63,716 nt of DNA, from assembly GCA_002633005.1 (NCBI GenBank), contig NMRA01000032.1, forward strand, positions 662,911-726,626, written 5' to 3'. This document shows, piece after piece, positions 58,951-63,716 of the stretch; within the stretch, counting starts at the first letter, position 1; every line of letters begins with the position of its first letter. The translations under genes and the position numbers were made by a program. The stretch comes from Phoronis australis. Its lineage: Eukaryota > Animalia > Phoronida. Under the pieces are notes generated by a model. That model did no database searches. It worked only from the letters and a program-made list of their open reading frames with translations, and was not told the origin of the DNA.

Positions 58951-61900
58951 TTATTTTCTTGCGCCTCCAAGAACAACTAAATTCGAACTATTTGCTGCTT
59001 TGAGGCCTTTCTTCTCTCTAGGGCCTTGGTGTCGAGGAGGTCCTTGTGGCATTGGTGTGGGGCCGGACATTGGCGGTGGTGGCCCCTGGTTGCCCATGAA
59101 CTGCTGATTGGGATATCCCTGTTGCGGAGGGTACTGCTGCACTGGAGGCTGATAGCCTGGATTGTACCCTGCCTGTGAAGGAGCTGGGGGTTGGTAATTA
59201 GGCTGTGGTTGTGGCTGTTGCTGTGGTGGTGGTACGTAACCTCTGAACTGTGGTGCCTGTGGAGGGTACTGAGGCATAGGCTGCTGCTGAGGGTGCAGCT
59301 GGGGCTGCTGCTGCTGTTGCTGCATAGGCGGGGCATGGTAACCAGGCTGAGTGTACATTGGGTGTTGAGGAGGCGGAGCCTGCTGAGTGACAGGAGGTTG
59401 CTGTTGATACTGCTGTGGATATTGGCCATAAGCGGAAGATGCAGGCTGATAGGGTGGCGCCGAAGCTGGAGGTGGATTGGACATCATGAGCGAGGATATA
59501 TTCTGGAGACCTTCTTGGTTCATGAATGATGACGAATACATCTGGGAGGACACGTAAGGGTTGTATGCCGTGGTGGAGTCGCCAGAAGGGGGTGGCACAT
59601 ACTGGCTCTCACCTTGACCTTGATAGTGTGGTGGAGGCTGTGAACTTCCTCCTGCATGACAGTCAAATTGAAAAACACTTCACGTGACAGACAGAAGATG
59701 GAGAGATGTTATCAGCAGTACATTCCAAGTGCACAAACACCAAAACAAAAATATTTACAAAGTCTTCTAGTACGAAAAGCTTAACCGCAAACCTTGCCAC
59801 CTTAAAAATGAAAACATTATGTGCAAAGTTTTAACAATGTTAATACAAGAAGACTTCAAAACAGCAAATTGTTGCATTAAAAATCAAAAGAAAAAGCTAA
59901 CAACTTCAAAAATCTGACTCGAGTTTCATACAGTTATGGCTTTTTAACATTACCAGCTGCAGTAAAAACCTTACCACTGCGTGAAGCAGAACGCCTCCCT
60001 GAGTCACCTCCGGGAGTGTATTGTCGCTTGTCTCGATCGTTTGAACTGTCACGTCGTGATTTGGAGCCCCTGGGAGGTGTCTGGAAACATACGTTGCAAT
60101 ATCACAGCATTATAAAACACAATTTTGTGGCGAAATTGTCTTCACTTTTTGTCACCTTCTGTTGCAATAAACATTGCCTGATACTTTTTTGTCACCAATG
60201 AAATTATTCTTAGAAAGAAAAAACTTTTTCAAAGATGGTGTAAAAACCTACCACTTAACCTTGAAAATTTCTCAAATAACTTTTGAAAATGATTCAGTAA
60301 TTAACAAAGCAAAGAAAGGATACGTCCGAATCACCTAAAACCTTTGCTTAGGACGGTGTTTGTTTAATACTAAAAAAATGACTATCATGGTCATTCTAAT
60401 CAAACAACATTCAAACACTGTTTATAAACCAACAATGGTGTGTGTGGTTATGACTTGTTACCATACACCACAGAACTTGCTTTCAGCCCTGAATTACTGG
60501 ACTTAACTTGCTTGCAGCATATTTTCACTTATTTTGAATATGAATACAACCCTGGCTTCTGCCATTCTAGCTTACCCAGAGTCCCTTCACTGTGTAAGAA
60601 CTGACCAATGACCATTGCAATAATGAAGACCATGTACAAATAAATAGGTAAAACATGAGTTTTCCAAACGACTTTAAGATTACAGCAAAATGCTGACAAT
60701 GAATTTGTTTATATCGACGCTCATAATCAAATTGCAATTGATACTGTGACCAACACCTAATGTTACAAGACACATTAATTTTATTCCTGGATCTTCTGCT
60801 GGACACATGCGCCATTTTCAGAGGAGAAGTCTAAAACAACCGGTGCTTATGAGAAGACTCCGATGAAGCTACAGAAGTCGTTGCTTTCAAGCATTCTTGT
60901 ATCAAATTGAACTACAAACAATTTGTAACCTTGGCCCAGGGTCTACAAATCTACAACCTCAAAATAGAACTTAAGATCCTTTTTGAAATTTTCCATCCCA
61001 CAGTAATACAAACATGCCAAGTTTCTGTAATTGTATGCTTGAGTACACACATAAGTATCAAGACCAAGTCCTACTTGATGATGTCAAGATTTGAGCAACA
61101 AACTCTTAGTAAAAACTCTAAATTTTGAGTTCAGACTCAAACTTGAAGCTTTGATGCTGGGGTCATCAGGTGCAAACCAGAAGTAGAAGTCATCCACGTG
61201 AACAATAACATACTCACGTACAGAAATACAGACACTTATCTAGAGTTTGTATTATAAAACATACAAAAATAATTTAGAGTTAGATTTAAAATACACAGAT
61301 TAGTTCCCAAAACCTGAACTGTAAACAAAAACACCAAAATTGTTTTTCAAGGGCTTCAAGAAATGGTGCATTCTAGTTCCAGTGGCCAACTGCTCTCAGT
61401 CGGATTCAATTACAAGAGACCTACTCCCTGAGGTTTCCTAGAGGGTGGAGGGGGTGGTGGCTGGTCTCCTTGGCTCCTCAGTGGGGGTGACTCGGCACGC
61501 TTCTGTGCTTGGCTGGACTGGGAGTAGAGATCCAACACTTGATGACAGATGTCTGCAGGATAAAAAGAGCAAATGAAGCCAAGCATTTGACAGAACTGAG
61601 CCGGCTCCACTCAAATGATAATGAACACGCAACATGTGACATGAATTTCAAACATGCACTCAAAGATCTCCAGTTTTTACTTCTTCCCAAGGAATTGAGA
61701 TAAGCTGCACAAATTCACAACCGGGACCCACGCAGAAATGCTTTGACATAAACAAAATCAAAGGTCGGTCCCAACCCCTCTGTTCAGTCAATTCTGTACA
61801 GAGGCAGTAAGAAAAAGCACTGAGGATTTTTACTATTTTTATTATTATCAGTAATATTCTATTACTTGACAGAAGCAAGGCTGTGTTCCGTACACCTAGC

Positions 61901-63311
61901 TCATTAAAATTCACTTACAGCAAAAGATCTTTGCTTATGCAATGGGAATGAATTAAATCCATTCAAAACTCAAACCTCACCAATGAATCACATCGGTGAC
62001 TGCCATTTTGCAAGGGCAAGCTAGTAAGTTCCTGAACATACTCCCAAAACACTCTCCTTTCATTCATGTGATTTTGCATGATCTTTTCTCGCAACACACT
62101 TAGTCAATGGAACGCCACCCAGCACAAACCTTCCATAAGCTCCATCGACATGTCCTCAATAAACTGGTCCCACCATTTGCCTTTGAAGCCAGGCGGTTTG
62201 TCCTGCCAGTCGGTGATCTCAAACTTGTTGAGCCGGCTAGCTAGGTACATGAGTGACACGGCAATGATCTCGGGTTCCCACTGAAGACACAGAGATGTGC
62301 AATAGCTGAAGAAGAAAGTTATGTCAACCTAATAAAGGAAACAGGTACCGGAGTATTAAAGGCACAACAGTGAATTGTGAGCCAATCTCATACCTTGCTC
62401 GCTGATGCTTTGATCCACTTAGAATGTTCCTATTGCCTCAGCTAGAAATGAAAGTGGTTCCAACGCTTTCTAAACAAATTTGAAAAAGATGGTCGGTATG
62501 TCATTATTCTAAAACTACTTTTTAAGTACTGTAGTAACACTCAGACACACAAATCTGACGTATTCAAGTCAGAACTTTCTCTTTAAAATATGAGCAAAAC
62601 CACAGAAACAACTTCAAAATAAAATCCAGGTTCTCATTCACTCCCTTGCATACACTCACTACTAGAACCAAGCTTAGAGAAATAAGGGACACCTTTTGTG
62701 CAACGCTCGATTGTCTGCCAGTGAAGCCAGGATTTGAACCTGGTCTCCCAAACGAGGGTCCAGACCTCAAACCCGAGCCACACCGTCTCCTCAAGTCAGA
62801 ACTCCATTAAAACGTTCCAAAATAGGGCGATCCGCAACTACATTATGTTACAGATAAAGCTGAATGATGGGTTAAACACTTTTTAGCCTATTTCAAAACT
62901 GTGTTCATTCAATAAAACATTAATCACATCAAAAATTGCAAAGTGTCTTGATGAAATCAAAAAAAAACAACACACCACAACAAAGCCTGCGAGACATTCT
63001 GAAAGCAAATTTGAATATTATATTTAACAGAGCTTATTAAGTAGAAAGACAAGTATGTAAACTCACATCGCATTAACGCAAGTTTTCCACTAAACAAAGG
63101 TTGTGAGGTTTCCTAACTAGAAAACTAAATGTTTCAAAAATACCCACCCATCATTAATAAAAGTCCAAGACATTTGCACCATCTTCTGTATTTTGGCTTT
63201 GTCTCCCCTGAGTGTCTTGGCATACTTCAACAGGAAAGAGTAAGGGTGCTCCACCTGCAGGTCAAACTTGATGGTCTGCAGCAGGATGCGCTCCATTGTC
63301 ATCACCTCTTC
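58951..63311 (-). CDS. CCNK: Cyclin K, 3' part (5 exons; 5' exons lie beyond the window)
   Basis: join(63311-63148,62305-62130,61552-61425,60080-59975,59651-58951). [24 protein letters not shown]...[46 protein letters not shown], Pro/Gln-rich tail; phases are consistent. Confidence 0.93.
62690..62795 (-). mobile_element. tRNA-derived SINE-like head in a CCNK intron
   Basis: A-box-like TGGCTCGGGTTTGA and B-box GGTTCAAATCC (62740-62730) on the - strand; no clean cloverleaf. Confidence 0.45.
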
Positions 63312-63536
63312 CTGCGGCAAAACACGGCCATTATGTGGATGCAAGACAACAATAGATGTAGCTGCACACACTTGATGCCGTCACATATGTCAGTAATAGT
63401 TCATCAACGTAAGCACAAGTTTTTAATTCGCAAAATGACCAGGGGGTGTGCCCGCACATTGAAAATCCAGACCCACACATAACCTTGGTGTGAAATCTGT
63501 ATTAATCGTCCCTATAAATTAGAGTCTGCAACATAA

Positions 63537-63600
63537 CATAGGCGGATTTAGGGGGGGGCCCAGGGGCCCGGACCCCCCCCCTTCCCCTTGGCTGGCACAA
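63537..63600 (+). mobile_element. Start of a G/C-run MITE-like element
   Basis: cataggcggatttaggggggggcccaggggcccggacccccccc self-complementary head; the other end is not visible in the window. Confidence 0.4.
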
Positions 63601-63716
63601 AAAAAATAAAACAGCAAGAGCGTAGGGAAACGTTGAGTTTATTAATTTGCCCCGGTAATTAAAATTATGCGGATGAAAAATTATCTAAATGTGTGCAGTT
63701 TTAGTGTTTGGAGGGG

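Noticed and set aside
58977-59529. Overlapping 150-aa and 112-aa ORFs
   Set aside because: Alternative-frame and antisense shadows of the Pro/Gln-rich cyclin K exon.
62690-62795. Possible tRNA gene
   Set aside because: A B-box is present, but I could not build acceptor and anticodon stems; kept only as a SINE-like head.

Overview
AT-rich, intron-rich animal (metazoan) genomic DNA; the taxon cannot be fixed from sequence alone, although the repeat types suggest a marine invertebrate (inference). No CRISPR array, rRNA or prokaryotic operon is present. Most of the window (1674-52177, +) is a complete FANCM gene, which I assembled by hand into 26 GT-AG coding exons with consistent phases (7008 nt, 2335 aa). 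Its 19-kb intron 7 hosts two antisense, two-exon paralogues encoding secreted proteins (signal peptide, coiled coil, stand-alone CASPR/Neurexin-IV-type fibrinogen-like domain), plus a solo LTR, a Helentron-like element and a 2.2/2.6-kb duplication joined at an N. Downstream on the - strand are an uncharacterised basic coiled-coil gene and the 3' five exons of cyclin K. Highlights: the FANCM ERCC4 domain keeps VDSRE...D...ERKxxxD nuclease residues (degenerate in human FANCM); the nested secreted gene pair has clustered amino-acid divergence; a 54-bp minisatellite is made of copies of a FANCM splice acceptor; and mobile arrays carry a CTCF-like motif in each monomer.
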